From assembly GCF_902459465.1 (NCBI RefSeq), contig NC_047067.1, positions 11,966,001 to 12,030,000 on the forward strand: DNA of 64,000 nt. The letters are read 5' to 3'. Below the pieces are notes generated by a model that worked only from the letters and a program-made list of their open reading frames with translations, ran no database searches and was not told where the DNA came from. How positions within the stretch are numbered: position 1 is the stretch's first letter; every line of letters starts with the position of its first letter. The position numbers were made by a program, and so were the translations under genes. This document shows, one piece after another, positions 36,001 to 49,731 of the stretch. The stretch is from Asterias rubens (taxonomy: Eukaryota).

Positions 36001-38492
36001 GCACTACTGACTTCAAATATTAATTTAAAATCAGGTTTACCCATAGGAAACTTTTGGGGAAAAAACCAACAGGGAGAAAATCACATGAACAAAAAAATCA
36101 GCGTTCCCATCAACGGCCGATCTTCTTTTTTTTTAGTTGACAATTATTTTGTAACAAGCCTACATCATTTTTAGTGCACTGATCTATCCAACCAACGTAA
36201 TGGTGTACTTCTCCTTAATTAAGAAATAACAGACGGCCATGGCCATTTGGATTTCGCTTTGGTGGAAAAAAGGAAGAAGTTAGTTTACAGTCGAGTAAGC
36301 CTGTTTGTTTTTGAATAAAAAGCAGAGTTAAGCTGTCTTGACTATGGATGAATGCTGAGAAAGGAGTGAAAATACAAATTTAGTGGGGAGTAAACCTGTA
36401 AGAATGTACCGTGAATGTCATGTCTTTCCTTAGCCCCATAAATCCACTCCGTATCCTTGGCCCCAGCACATTATTTTTATAAAAAAATTCTTTCGGATTT
36501 TTTTGGTCGGGTAGCCATAACCACTTATCAATATGGTACAATCAATTGATACAATTGAAGGAACCCGACTAACTTAACTATATAAGAACGTCCGTATGCA
36601 CGCTCCGCCGAAAACGAGCAAGTTCTCAAGATCTTTGAGAAAGTTAACAAATCTAGGCGTAGGGTTATCTACAACTTTAGAAGCATTTATGGGGGCTAGT
36701 TTTCCCCCAATCTGCTGACTCTGTACGTAGGTCGGTGGCGATCATTGTTTAGCACATTATAATTGCGGTACCAAACGACTTGCATTTTCAGACCTAACAG
36801 GGTCATTAATATGAATTACGAAGAAGAAAAAAAAAACAGTTTTTGAGGCGTTAATTTGTTTTACAATGTTACACCGGACATGTATGCAAGGGCGTGCATT
36901 TTCAAGAGGGATCAGGCGTGTATTTTATTCGCATGCAGGGGATCCTCCTCGATATCAGGACTGGTAGATGGAAGTGGAATGGTCATCGCAAGCGACGAAT
37001 TCACGGCGGTAAACACTGGCTGAAATTGGCAGAGGTATTTCGCGCTGATGTTGATTTTGGGAAACTCGCTTTCCACACCCAGATTCACGTTTAATTCCTC
37101 CATCAGACCATGTCTGTGAGTGAAATAATAGTGGCCCACAATGAAACAGTATACAAGGTAGGCCTACGACGGGCTATTAATATATATAATAGCCTGTTTT
37201 GATAAAAAAAATACCCAGGTATGTAGTTTATTTTGTGTCGTCCCCCCACTTTTTTTTCTTTTTCTTTTTCTTTTTTCTCCTTTTTTTTTGGGGGGGGGGG
37301 GCCGACAAAAAAGGGGGGGGGGGCGTGCGCCCCACGCCCCCTGGATCCGCGCCTGTTTATGACTGTTTTTATTCTCTCATTTTTTTCGATGTAAAGGCAC
37401 TGGTCATTGTTCGTAATTAGTCAAAATAATCAAAAAATAACAGAAGGACTCAGTTTGATCAAAGGGAGTCTTAATTACTGCACGAAGATGACTTGTTTTC
37501 GTTGAGGCGATTCAATCCTGGAGATAATGATGTCTAGTGATGACTATGCAGTTTTAGTTTCAGGAAAGCAACCCCCCCTTTCGTGTGTGATACCATTAAA
37601 AGCACGTGATACTAATTACTAGAAGTAATTGTTAGCATTCAAACTTACTCGGTAAAACGAGCAATGGAGAGCTGTTTAAACATTGTGAGAAACTACTCAT
37701 GAGTTTTGAGAAAGATTATTTAATACTCAAATATTGAAATACTTCAGACCTAAAGCCCTTTTTAGACATCTGAAAGCACATAGAGTAATGCAACAAGGAT
37801 GTTTTTTCCTTCATTATTCTGTTCCATTTTTGATGACCAATTGAGTCGAAATATTCACACATGTATTTGTTTTTATGCATATGTCGGGATACACCAGGTT
37901 GGAACAATGGTCTTTGACAATAACCAAAAATGTCAAGCCATGCCCTTAATGAGGAAAACATTCAAACGAACCGACCCGTTCTTTGTGTCGCGCAATCTTA
38001 CATAGCAGCATGCTTGCATCAAATTGGCCCGGTTTGTCTTAGAAGAACACATTCGAAATTTGCATCAATTACGCAAAGTCCCCTCACTCCCTGGCCCAAT
38101 TTAATTTTTCTGCTAAAGAGCTTAATGCATTTGTGCCCATGTCATCCTATGAATGTGTACTTTTGTGCAGAGATGTCCGAGTTCATTCCTAAGTTTGGAT
38201 AGTCAATCAAACTGCACTGCGGATTTGGCTTTGGGTTTATCTAAATGCCTACTGCTTGTTGAAAGCATCTGACAAACTCTGCCTAACTTTGTTCTGTGTA
38301 TATGCCTTTAAGCTGTTGATCTCACCCAAGTAAGCTGACTACATCTCCTTTTTAGACCATTTTAAAGCTGTTACTAATGCATTATTTTGCTACAACTAAT
38401 GCATCGGTTTTATCCCCGATCCAATGTTTTGCAGTCTCTCAACGTGTATTCAATCATCATCCATTTCTTGTTTTTAGTCTGTTCACTCATAT

Positions 38493-38875
38493 TTAAAGGC
38501 AGTGGACGCTATGGGTAACTACTCAAAATAATTATTAGCATAAAACATCACTTGGTAACGATTATATAATGGGGAGAGGTTGATAGTATAAAACATTGTG
38601 AGAAACGGCTCCCTCTGAAGTGACGTAGTTTTCGAGAAAGATGTAATTTTACGTGAATATGATTTTGAGACCTCAGATTTAGAACTTGAGGATCTGAAAT
38701 CACATCACACAACTTCATTTGACAAGGGTGTTTTTTTCTTCTTTCTTTATTATCTCACAACTTCGACGACCAATCGAGCTCAAAATTTCACAGGTTTGTT
38801 ATTTTGTGCATATGTTGAGATACACGATGTAAGAAGACTGGTCTTTGAAAATTACCAATAGTGTCCAATGTCTTA
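38493..38875. mobile_element. Kolobok-like MITE family A
   Basis: TIRs and characteristic internal sequence. Confidence 0.82.
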
Positions 38876-39846
38876 CGTCATTAATTAAAGGTTTATTAAA
38901 AATAACACTGCAACCAGAGGCTGAATTGACTGATACCGCACATTCCACGTACAATGTAAAACATTTGAAACCAAACAATTATTTAAAAAATTGTTCAATA
39001 AATAAAATGTGAAAAAATAGTTTTTAAATCATTTAAAAGAGAGATGCACACATTTACAAATATTTATATACATCAAACATTAATTAGTGAAAATTTACAT
39101 TTATAACAAAATTACCTGACGGGGAAAACAATGAAAAAATGCTAAGAGTCATCCTGACGATGACTATAGAGCAAGCTAGTCGAAAAGTCCACTGGAGACA
39201 CATTTAGAATTCACTCTGCGGCAGTGAAGACGACAAGTATATTGTTATGTCACAGAGTTATAGAGGTAACATCGATGATGACAGTTTATGATGACAAAAA
39301 TTTGACCAAAAACATTAACAGCCTCTGTGGGATACCTTAGATTTGAGCTTGTGCGTACTGCGTCACCCTTAAGGGGCGTCTCAAGGAAGGTCGCATTGTG
39401 TGTGAAGGGCTCTATGGTCTTTCCAATTATATCGCCCCATCTCCGTTGATAAGCTGACGTATAGCATCGCCTAATTAAAATTTTGAAGAGCCCTCGTGAC
39501 AAACAATGTCTGTGTGATGTCACGTTTCGACAGATGATTGATTAGATGGGAGCGTGGTACATAAAAGGCACTGGACACTATTGGTAATTACTCAAAATTT
39601 ATTGTCAGGATACGAACTTACTTGGAGCAATGGGGAGCTGTTGATGACACATTATGAGAAACGGCTCCTACTGAAGTAACTTTGTTTTTGAGAAAGAAGT
39701 AATTTCTCACTCAAAGAGACTTAAAGCCGTTCTCACAATGTTTTATACCATCAACCTCTCCCCATTACTCGTCACCATGAAAGGTTTCATGCTAATAATT
39801 ATTTTGAGTAATTACCAACAATGTCCACTTCCTTCAAAATAGTGTT

Positions 39847-39934
39847 TACCAAACGTAGGCCTATTATACCCTTCCCTTCTTACCTTGAAATACCAAACGT
39901 AGGCCTATTATACCCTTCCCTTCTTATCTTGAAA
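39847..39934. repeat. 44-bp tandem duplication
   Basis: TACCAAACGTAGGCCTATTATACCCTTCCCTTCTTA(C/T)CTTGAAA twice. Confidence 0.95.
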
Positions 39935-40928
39935 TAAGACACAAAGAGTTTTAGTCACAAGCAATTCAGACAATTTCACCTAACTGCATTTAATTGAAGA
40001 CATTTCTTTTCTTCAAATGGACAGTCTTTAAGTATGTGCCATTTTTATACTCTTGATTTCTGTAATATTGTTGGGTCGCACTTGGACCACTAAAAGGTAC
40101 TACCGATGGCTGCTGGGTTATAATAATTTTGATTTAACTCTTACCCCACACTTATATTGTCTGACTATGGGGACATCACTGTTTTGTCGACAATGCGAAA
40201 AAAGAGTATTATAAAAAGCTCAACAACAAACAAAAGGCAGACAATTTAAATGTAAAATATATTAAGTTCATAAAACTTACAAATATAGTAATAACAATGC
40301 GCATTGCTTTGATGCGTAAATTAATTTCAAATAATATTAAAAGTGCAACTATCTTCAAACAGACCCGTCTTACTTAACGTTTATGCTTAACATTGTAAAT
40401 ACAATTTTGATCAATTAAGATCTGAAGTCCCTCAAATCTAACCATGGCAACGGAATTGCAGTTCATTAGTTTTGACATTTCACCGTGTAAAAGGCCTTCA
40501 TAATCTATTGTTGTCTACTCGATATGGTGCATAACACAGTTCCGTGTGTGTACATACTGGCGCAATACATCGTATGCTAATAACAACCGGGTTATTGTTT
40601 ATCATACATGTGTATTTAAAAAAGAAAATATGTATAGTGGACAATTTCAAGTGCGCCATGTTAGTCACGAATAATACTCATGTGGCGCAGATACAAGGTC
40701 TTTTCGCAAAAACAGCCAAAAGGCACAAGCTGTGATTATAAATAAGTACAACATAATAAGTTGTTTTGAAAAAAGAGAGCGTGTATCATATTGTTTTCCT
40801 CTGTCAGTCCACCCACCTCCTTAAGAAAGTTAAGAAAGAGAGAGTGCGAAAAAAATAACGAAGAAAGGACAATAAAAAACGGATTATATTATAATGACTC
40901 CACAATGATGTTGAAGCCGATCCTTTAA

Positions 40929-41310
40929 AGGAACACGTTGCCTTGGATCGGTCGAGTTGGTCTTTGAAAAGCGTTTGTAACCGTTTGTTATAAAATGCAT
41001 ATGATTAGAGAGATATTTTAAAGTAGAATATAACAATCCATACAAGTATCACTCGAAATTGCGTGGTTTTCCTCTTACCTCGTCGACAAACACCGTCGGC
41101 CATTTATGGGAGTCAAATTTTTGACTCCCATAAATGGCCGACCGTGTTAGTTCGCAAAGTGAAAGAAAAAACACGCAATTACAAGGCACATATGTGTGGA
41201 TCATTGTATTCTACTTTTAAAACATCTTTCCAACCATATGCATTTTATAACAAACGACTTACAAACGCTTTTTATAGACCAACTCGTCCGATCCAAGGCA
41301 ACGTGTTCCT
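40929..41310. mobile_element. Kolobok-like MITE family B, full length
   Basis: Perfect TIR start AGGAACACGTTGCCTTGGATCGG, TTAA TSDs, and an internal ~28-bp-arm hairpin. Confidence 0.9.
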
Positions 41311-43944
41311 TTAAAGGGTTAAGGAACTTTTTACACGATACAAAACGCGAACGCTTACAGATTAACACAATGTTGGTAGAAGGCTTTCCCTAAAGTCTTA
41401 CCTGCTGAGGTGAAAAATGAATGAAACACTCTCATGAAAATAATCACCGACTCAGCGAGACGTAAATTATTTTAGAACGAGGCCTGCAACGGATTTACGC
41501 GTACGCGACTCTCCTGAAAACATTGCCCTGTGCTTTCACATTAATTTCTCAAAATCTTGACGACTACTGAAGCTGAAACTTCTAAAGGTAATTTACATTA
41601 CATTAATTTCACAGTGATTGGGGATTCATGTCATTGCAAACAATTTGACCTACAAAAGGTACGTATCAAGCCCTTCAAAAACATTAACTCATTGTAAAAG
41701 ATTCAGATTTTTTATTAGCTATTCCGTGTCACACAATCTTCACCGTGTCACATAAGACCACCTTACTTATAAAAATACATCTCAAACTAAAATAACGCTT
41801 TCCGAAGTTTCCATGGCAACTATGAAACACCCAGGAAATTGTTTGTCCTTAGTTAACACTCGACTGACAAACGTAAATATTATAATTTTTGTTCGGAGGG
41901 AATATTATTTGATCTGTTCTTCTGCTAGTTCTTTCCTATTTTGGTTCTTCGTTTGTGATTTAATTGGATTTGCATCAGTATCGGGATCGGTACAGCCGAT
42001 TGCTTACGCACAATGGTGACATTTGACACAATGTTACATTTGAAATCGGCAATGCTTGAGTAACTGACGCCAAGTTTATACTTTGAATTTCGAATTGTGA
42101 CGTCACAAGTTCGCAAATATTATTCGCAACATTTGAACTGTTTGGCCACTCTTGCGAAATATTCGCTTCGCAGCGAAAACAGGGGTGTGACGTCACAATT
42201 CGTCAAATTAAAAGTAAAATGTCGAAGGATTATTGACCGGGCTTATTTTTATGTTTGTTTTATCAAATGTTCTCTTTTGCCGGTCTAGGTTCCCCCTCGT
42301 TCCTTTTCGGCATAAAAGCAACATAAAGCTATTTTTACATGAATTGAACAAATCCAACATTCCTGGTGAAATGTTCTCAATGTTTGTGAAATATTGCAAA
42401 ACAAGCTTCCTGTGAACGACAGCATTTGTGTGTACAAGTGATACATTCCTTGCGAAATTTTATTCACGAAGACGTATCCAGCTGATTTTGTCTATTCAGT
42501 TGAAATCCTCACCCAATTTCACCTTGAGCAGTGTGGATTTATGCAACATTATAACTCACTTACGTTGCTCCCTTTTCCAGGAGTAGCGGAGTAGGGACAA
42601 ACTGGGGATTTCTGAGAAAAACTACTGTGAATTTTAATGATGTGTGATTGGATTTTTAAAGACACTAATTAGTAGCTACTCAAAATAGTTGGTATAGCAT
42701 AACAACTTTAACGAGCAATGTAGAGATGGTTAATAGATACCATTGTAAGAAACGGCTCCCTCTGAAGTAGTTTTTGAGAAAGAGGGCGAGATAATAATGA
42801 AAGAAAAAACACCCTTTTCACAATAAGTTGTGTGCGTTTAGATGGTTGATTTCGAGACCTCAAGTTCTAAATCTGAGGTCTCGAAATCAAATTCGTGGAA
42901 AATTACTTCTTTCTCGAAAACTATGGCACTTCAGAGGGAGCCGTTTCTCACAATGTTTTATATCATCAACCTCGCCCCATTACTCGTCACCAAGAAAGGT
43001 TTTATGCTAATAATTATTTTGAGTAATTACCAATAGTGTCCACTGCCTTTAAGTCTATACATTACTTTTTTGCAACAAGGTTTTTTTTTTCATTTCAATC
43101 ATTACTTTCTTGCGACTTCGATGACGAATTATTGAACAAAATTTCCACAGATTTCTGTATTCATGCTTTTGATGGAATACACCAAGTGAGAATGCTGGTC
43201 TGCGACAATTACCAAAGAACTCCAGCTGTCGATTTCACCAAACTCTTCGCTAACTTAGGATCAAACTTAAGATTTGAAAAGAGTTAAATTCCGTACCCTT
43301 AGACGCTAGGATTAATCCTAGCGTCTCGTGAAATCGGCTGTTGTACCTATAAAACGGGGTTTAAGGTTCAATTTTAGTTTTGTGATGCACCCAATTTCCA
43401 ATAAAAAAGAGTTCTTTTGACAACGGGGAAACTATTAAGTCTAACCACATGTTTTAAAGTTGTTTAAAATGTCGATATGTTTGATATCCTTCAGGTGCAT
43501 TTGTGATTAACATAAAAAACATTCGATGACGTCACATTTCAAGATTGTCTGTATTTGTGTAGCGATTTCTTGGTTCATTAAAGTTTGACATAGTAATCAA
43601 TCACAAAACAGAATTAAACTTGACCCTCTTCGGAATTAAACAGACCCAGTTGTCTTTATCGTTTCGATGACGTCATGATTTAAATAAAATGAATCGGGCA
43701 TTTGCGGATTTGAAAAACAGAATCACTTCTCTAAAATAGACCTCACCGACGAGTTCAAGTGAATATTTATGCAAATTAAATGTTTTGCAATAAAAGTTTA
43801 CACAAGTGGCGTTACTGAAATCATAAGGGTAAATAAAATAACAGATACGTTATATGGTTATACCCATAAACACTAGTTCGCCTTTGATATGTCTAAAAAT
43901 AAACCGAAACTAATATTTTGTATCCTCGATGCAAATTCGATGTA

Positions 43945-44323
43945 TTAAAGACACTGGACACGTTTGGTGATTGTGAAAGACCAGTCTTCTCACTTGGTGT
44001 ATCTAAACATATGCATTACATAACAAACCTGTGAACATTTGAGCTCAATTGGTCGTCGAAGTTTTGAGATAACTATGAAAGAAAAAAAAACATCCCAGTT
44101 GTGTGCTTTCAGATGCTTGATTTCGAGACCTCAAATTCTAAATCTGAGGTCTCGAAATCAAGCTCGTGGAAAATAACTTCTCTCTCGAAAACTACATCAC
44201 TTCAGATGGAGCCGTTTCTCACACTGTTGTATACTATCAACCTCTCCCCATTACTCGTTACCAATTAAGGTTTTATGCTAATAATTGTTTTGAGCATTTA
44301 CCAATAGTGTCCAATGCCTTTAA
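43945..44323. mobile_element. Kolobok-like MITE family A, full length
   Basis: TIRs with TTAA TSDs. Additional truncated copies at ~1830-1957, 29170-29290, 37600-37950, 47777-47980, 50590-50904 and 58964-59360. Confidence 0.88.
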
Positions 44324-47127
44324 AGATAAAGCATTATATTCATAAAATAATCTTTACCGGGGATCTTCAGAAGAAAAAAAATCAATAAAAAACGACTTGA
44401 AGTTCACGTTTCACCTCAGAAAATAATAACTTAATAGTGTGATAAAACAACACGGTGCCGGTACGAATAACAGTTTAACTGCTTGACGCTCCAAACTTGA
44501 CCCTTAATATTCCAAGAAACAAGTAAATCACGCCGAACCATTAAGCCAAACGACGGCCAACGTTAGAGCGCTTTGACTACATTATAATTTTCTCCCCGTA
44601 AAGAAAACCGCGTACAACGGGGTATGTCATAATTGCATTATGGCCATGATACACAATGGGTGCCTACTGACGACAACAATTAATGATTCCCATGAGGCAG
44701 GACTGGGTTTTGCTATCGTATTCCAATTAGTTGCCTTTCATAACAATGCACAAATAATAAATTAAAAAAACCCGAATCTTATAAAGAAACGCTATCCGAC
44801 AATCAACATGATACTAAGTTAATTTTGTTTTTCCCTGTTCACTTAAAAATATTGTGGAGAATTTTGTCCAAATGTACGGAACCCCGAAAGGGACAGGTAA
44901 CAGAAATATTGAAAAGGTAAACGAAAACGTCAACATTGTTTCGTCAACTCGAAATAATATTTCATCGAATTATCATATCGTTCCCTTTCGTACCCTCGAA
45001 ATGAATGGCATTCCGTGCGACCGAAATACAAGTTATTTTGTGATAGCAACACATCATTTCGAGGTAAACAAATAATAGCATTTTTGTTTACCCGAAGGGG
45101 CTCCTGACACTTGAGGTTCTTGATACTGAGTTCAGTTTTGAAACCTTGACATCCTGATTCTGTAGATCAGATACGAAACATGTCAACATCAATGCTCGAG
45201 CAGTTCCATCAATGACGCACTGTCAAACAGTCCCACATTGAACAATGCAACCACCACTCTCGCACCAACAAACATAGTCAACCACACGCTTTAAGCAGCA
45301 CCAACAGCAAAACATCCCATACCAAATATCACTGAACACATTCCAGATTTCCTTATCCATCTCCGTTAATTCAATACAAAGGGTGTACACGAAAATTGTT
45401 ATCTCACCTGATGACGACGGGTTTGTTTGGCTGCTACCCAGGTAAACCTGGCCCTACGTGAAGCTACTGCTGTTGTTTCCCAATGTATTGAATGAGCAAT
45501 ACCCACCGCTTAACCATAAGAGATCACTTTGAGAGAGAAAAAGATGCAGCACGCCTAGCTAATCAATTGCGCACGAAGCAACTGAGGATGAAGGCATCAC
45601 TCAAGAAAACCAGACGGCTGTTCGCAGTTGCGACTGAATTACGACCGCGCCTTTTTTGTACCACTAAACTAATTGGGTTATTAGACGTTTGTTGTCGTCC
45701 CAGATAGTTTTCCTTGACATGAAATAATTGTTGACACGACTTTCATCAATAAATGAAATGCTTTCGAATGAGTTTATCTCATTTAAAGGAAGATTTTCAC
45801 CATATGACGCATGTATTTTCCATGAACACACTATTATATTGTCCTCGTGTACACAGAAGTATACCCCTAAACTCCCTCAAAGAATTCTCGAGATTATAAA
45901 CAAAAAATTAAGACGCAACTTGGGATGGGGGGGGGGGGGATACACCTCGCGCATATCGAGGGCACCAAGTCCCTTATTTGCTTTCTTTGTTTTAGGCTTG
46001 GTCGTTGGGAGGGAAATACATACACAATATCGATGCTTAGTTCAAATAATGTCTTCTTATTTGGAAAGTACCATCAAATGCATAACATTTTGCTTTCAGA
46101 AGAGTACATCCCACTCTAGAGTTCAGTAAAAGCACATTATAACATACATTTGAGAAACATGTTTATCTTTCCACAATTCGGTTGAAATCTAGGTACGTTT
46201 TAGACGCCCACTGGCGTTTGGCTAGCTCTGGCTTGTGGAGGGTGAGGGACAATTTTCGCCCACGCAGCAATGATCCGAACAGTAGGAACTGACACCAAGT
46301 TGATCTAAAATAACCATGGGCAGCATTTTAGATGGTTGATTACGAAGTCTCTCAAGAGTAATTGTACCGGGACAATAGAAACTTACCAGGTAAACTCAAG
46401 ATTTTTCAGGGGGTTATAGTACACAATTTCTATTTTGTTGTTGTCTGCTGAATTATTGTCATGGACTCCTGGGGTGGATTTCACAAAGGTAGTCCTAACT
46501 TAGGACTAGTCCTAGGCAATGCTAAGACATAGGACTGGTCCTAAGTTAGGATGAGTTACTGGTCCTAACTTAGGACTAGCTCTATCTCTTAGCATTGCCT
46601 ATAGGACTAGTCCTAAGTTAGGACTGCCTTTGTGAAATCCACCGGGCAATTATTGTCATTTACCCTGTAGCCGACTTATTTATTTATAGACGTATTTATT
46701 TATAGACGTACGAAGCGAAAAGATAGGACATTCAACTATTTCGAATTGTTCTTTGACCAGGCACAAAGCATACTACGTATGAAGCACAAAGCATGATAAC
46801 TATAATTATCATAATGTTGTTGTATTGTTGCACGTAGCCAGACTGTCTGTGAATGGATGTTATTCTTAAGTCCTTGTGTGCATACTGATGGTGCTTTTAA
46901 ACGTGTGCGAGCAATGTAGTATCTTCTTTTTGAAGAGTAGTACAATTTCTCATGTCGTGCTCATCATTGAGAGATCTGGATATGGGCATGGAGAGGGGGT
47001 GCATTCAGTTCCCATCGAACAAGACCACCTGTCCATGAACTAATTTACATCAATGACTTAAACATACGCCAGACTAAAATAGTGTAAAATTAACAGTTTT
47101 GTTGGGTGTGTTTGTGAGTTTGTTGTT

Positions 47128-47269
47128 NNNNNNNNNNNNNNNNNNNNNNNNNNNNNNNNNNNNNNNNNNNNNNNNNNNNNNNNNNNNNNNNNNNNNNNNN
47201 NNNNNNNNNNNNNNNNNNNNNNNNNNNNNNNNNNNNNNNNNNNNNNNNNNNNNNNNNNNNNNNNNNNNN
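47128..47269. other. Assembly gap (142 N)
   Basis: Run of N. Confidence 1.
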
Positions 47270-49335
47270 GTGTTTTTTATTTCACCCCTCACGGGAAAAG
47301 GCACGATAAACAGGCTACGATACGTACTATTGTAACCCCAATGCTTTTAAAGTCCCTTTAATTGAAGCCTCCTCCAATATTTACACATAAAGTAATGACG
47401 TACCCCAGGGTTTCTATATAGTGTATTCATTATTCATTTCTCCCTCGAGTGTATTTTAAATCACTTTTCACCATTATCATTAATGGATATTCTTAACGGC
47501 TTAATAAATGAGTTAGCTCTCAACAACTCGAGTCAATCTCCACATTGTTAATCAGTGTCTATAATAAAACTGGTGATAGGAATAGACCTTGCCCCGTGCG
47601 CCATGAGACTTGAACACAATCGTGAGACGGGCCCCTACTTAACATTTCCTTCATATTCTACAGTAAAGGAAATAATCTGTTAAACAGCCCTCCTGCTTGT
47701 TTGGCTAGGGGAGTTTTTTTTTAATGCTTTTTTTATTATTATTTGTTTTAGATTCATGTTAGTTTTAGGAAAAGCTTTAAAGACACTGGACACTATTGGT
47801 AATTGTCAACGAACAGTCTTATCACTTGCTGTATCTCAACATATGCATAAAATAACAAACCTGTGAAAATTTTAGCTCAATCGGTCATCGACGTTGCGAG
47901 ATAATAATGCAATAAAATACACCCTTGTACACGAAGTTGGATGCTTTCAGATGCTTGATTTCGAGACCTAAAATTCTAAATACCCCACACAAAGCTCAGA
48001 CACAATAGTCAATGAATTTTTTTTTCTTGATGAGCGCCCCAGATTTTTCTAGACCCAAACACTTCATACCCATCTCGTTTCTTAGCGTTGGTTTTCTTGT
48101 AGGAAAAAACATATTAGTTTGAAGCTGAAGTGTTTTTCAAGGACCTCCTTGTGGTTTAATATTTCTTGTCTTCCTTGCTTTCACTTCCGTGCTATCATAA
48201 TCACTCCATAATGATCTGCAAACTCCATAACGAGAACCTGGCTTGTCGTGGACTGTTCTTTTCACCGGAGTGTGGGTTCGAGATGGGACGTAAAGCTGTT
48301 GGTTCCGTGTGTTGTGGATGCAAGTAAAACGCGTGCACTTTTATCAAAAACAGAATGGGCTCACCCCGGTGTTTCTGGTTTAATTGCGACACAGCACCTT
48401 GGAAACGTTATTACCTATTTCTCATACACGTAACTCCACTATACCTTGCAGCAAAATACTGAATGCTTTAAATTGCACCTTGGGCGTCACTTGGGTGGCG
48501 GATGAGCACCACAAGAACCCACTATTATCATCAAGATCTGAGGGTCTATGATTGTGCAATGTTGATGGTAATCGCTTTGGTGTACTCGAGTCGAGGTAAA
48601 ATTCTTCGTGCACAAGGTGTGATATGCAACGCAAGATTGTCACACAAATAGCCAATAAAGTTATTGCTTGTAATTAAACGATAAAACTGAGTAACACCTC
48701 TTTCTTCGTTTGCCTCACATGCCTAAACAATGATCGTTTACCTGCTGCGAAACTAAACACAATACCTTAACACAATTTGCAAAGAAGTGTGTATCTTGTA
48801 AAACCTCCACTGATGGGCTATATTATACAAATATTGACCGCTTCGAGTGCTTTGGTTAAAACTAAGTATGACTCCCGAGGAGGTGATCTCTGACCTTGTC
48901 TCATTTTCCTGAGAGCGAAACCGAGGAGAACTAGACCGCTCCAAGGATGAGGGAGTCGTCATTTTTACCATAGCACCCGAAGCAGTCAATATTTTTTTTT
49001 TTAAAGACGAACTTCGTTCATGTGAGCGAGTCTTTTTTATTCGGAGGATTACATTTTCGGGGACGTCCTCGCTCCACTTTCGCGTATTTTTTTTTAATGT
49101 GGAGACGTTAATAACAAAAAATGTTAATACAAAAAAGTTAGTGGACAAAGAGAATTCTCCACTAAATAATTTGCGAATTCAATTTAATAATTTGTTTATA
49201 TCGAGCTTGAACGGGAAATCTATAAAGCAACATGATTGGCTGATAAGTACGTAAGACTTTTACCATCTCACATTTGCAATAACTACGAAGACGCCGGTCT
49301 ACATTAATAGCGCCCCCTATCATGCCTGTCTCTAT

Positions 49336-49587
49336 GGGTGTGTTCATTTAGCTTCCCTGGGTCTACCCCGCGGTGCTCACTCGGGTGAGCCCCTGACTAG
49401 AGCTAAACGAACGATCACTCACCGCTCTCGTAGTGACGTCTTGGACCTGGGGCCAGCCCCAAGTGACCCACTCCACACGCAGGGCAATGGGGACTGACAC
49501 GGGTGAGCCCCTGGAATGGCGTTAAAGCTATTCGAACGCACAGGGGGAATACCGGGGTCGACCCAGGGATGCTAAACGAACGCACAC
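49336..49587. mobile_element. PIF/Harbinger-type MITE
   Basis: ~34-bp TIR GGGTG(T/C)GTTC.TTTAGC.TCCCTGGGTC.ACCCC with 3-bp TSD TAT on both sides. Confidence 0.82.
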
Positions 49588-49602
49588 TATGTTGATAGCT
49601 TA

Positions 49603-49731
49603 GGCCGTGTCCGAAACGACGACTTCGGCTACAGCTACGACTAGATCAGCGCGTCTACCAATGTTGAAGAATAGGCAGACGCGCGCGATCTAGCCGTAGC
49701 TGTAGACGAAGTCGCCGTTTCGGACACGGCC
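49603..49731. mobile_element. Foldback MITE (GGCCGTGTCCGAAACG TIR)
   Basis: ~55-bp near-perfect arms with TA on both flanks. Confidence 0.82.

Noticed and set aside
47074-47335. ORFs spanning the N run
   Set aside because: Artefacts of the assembly gap.
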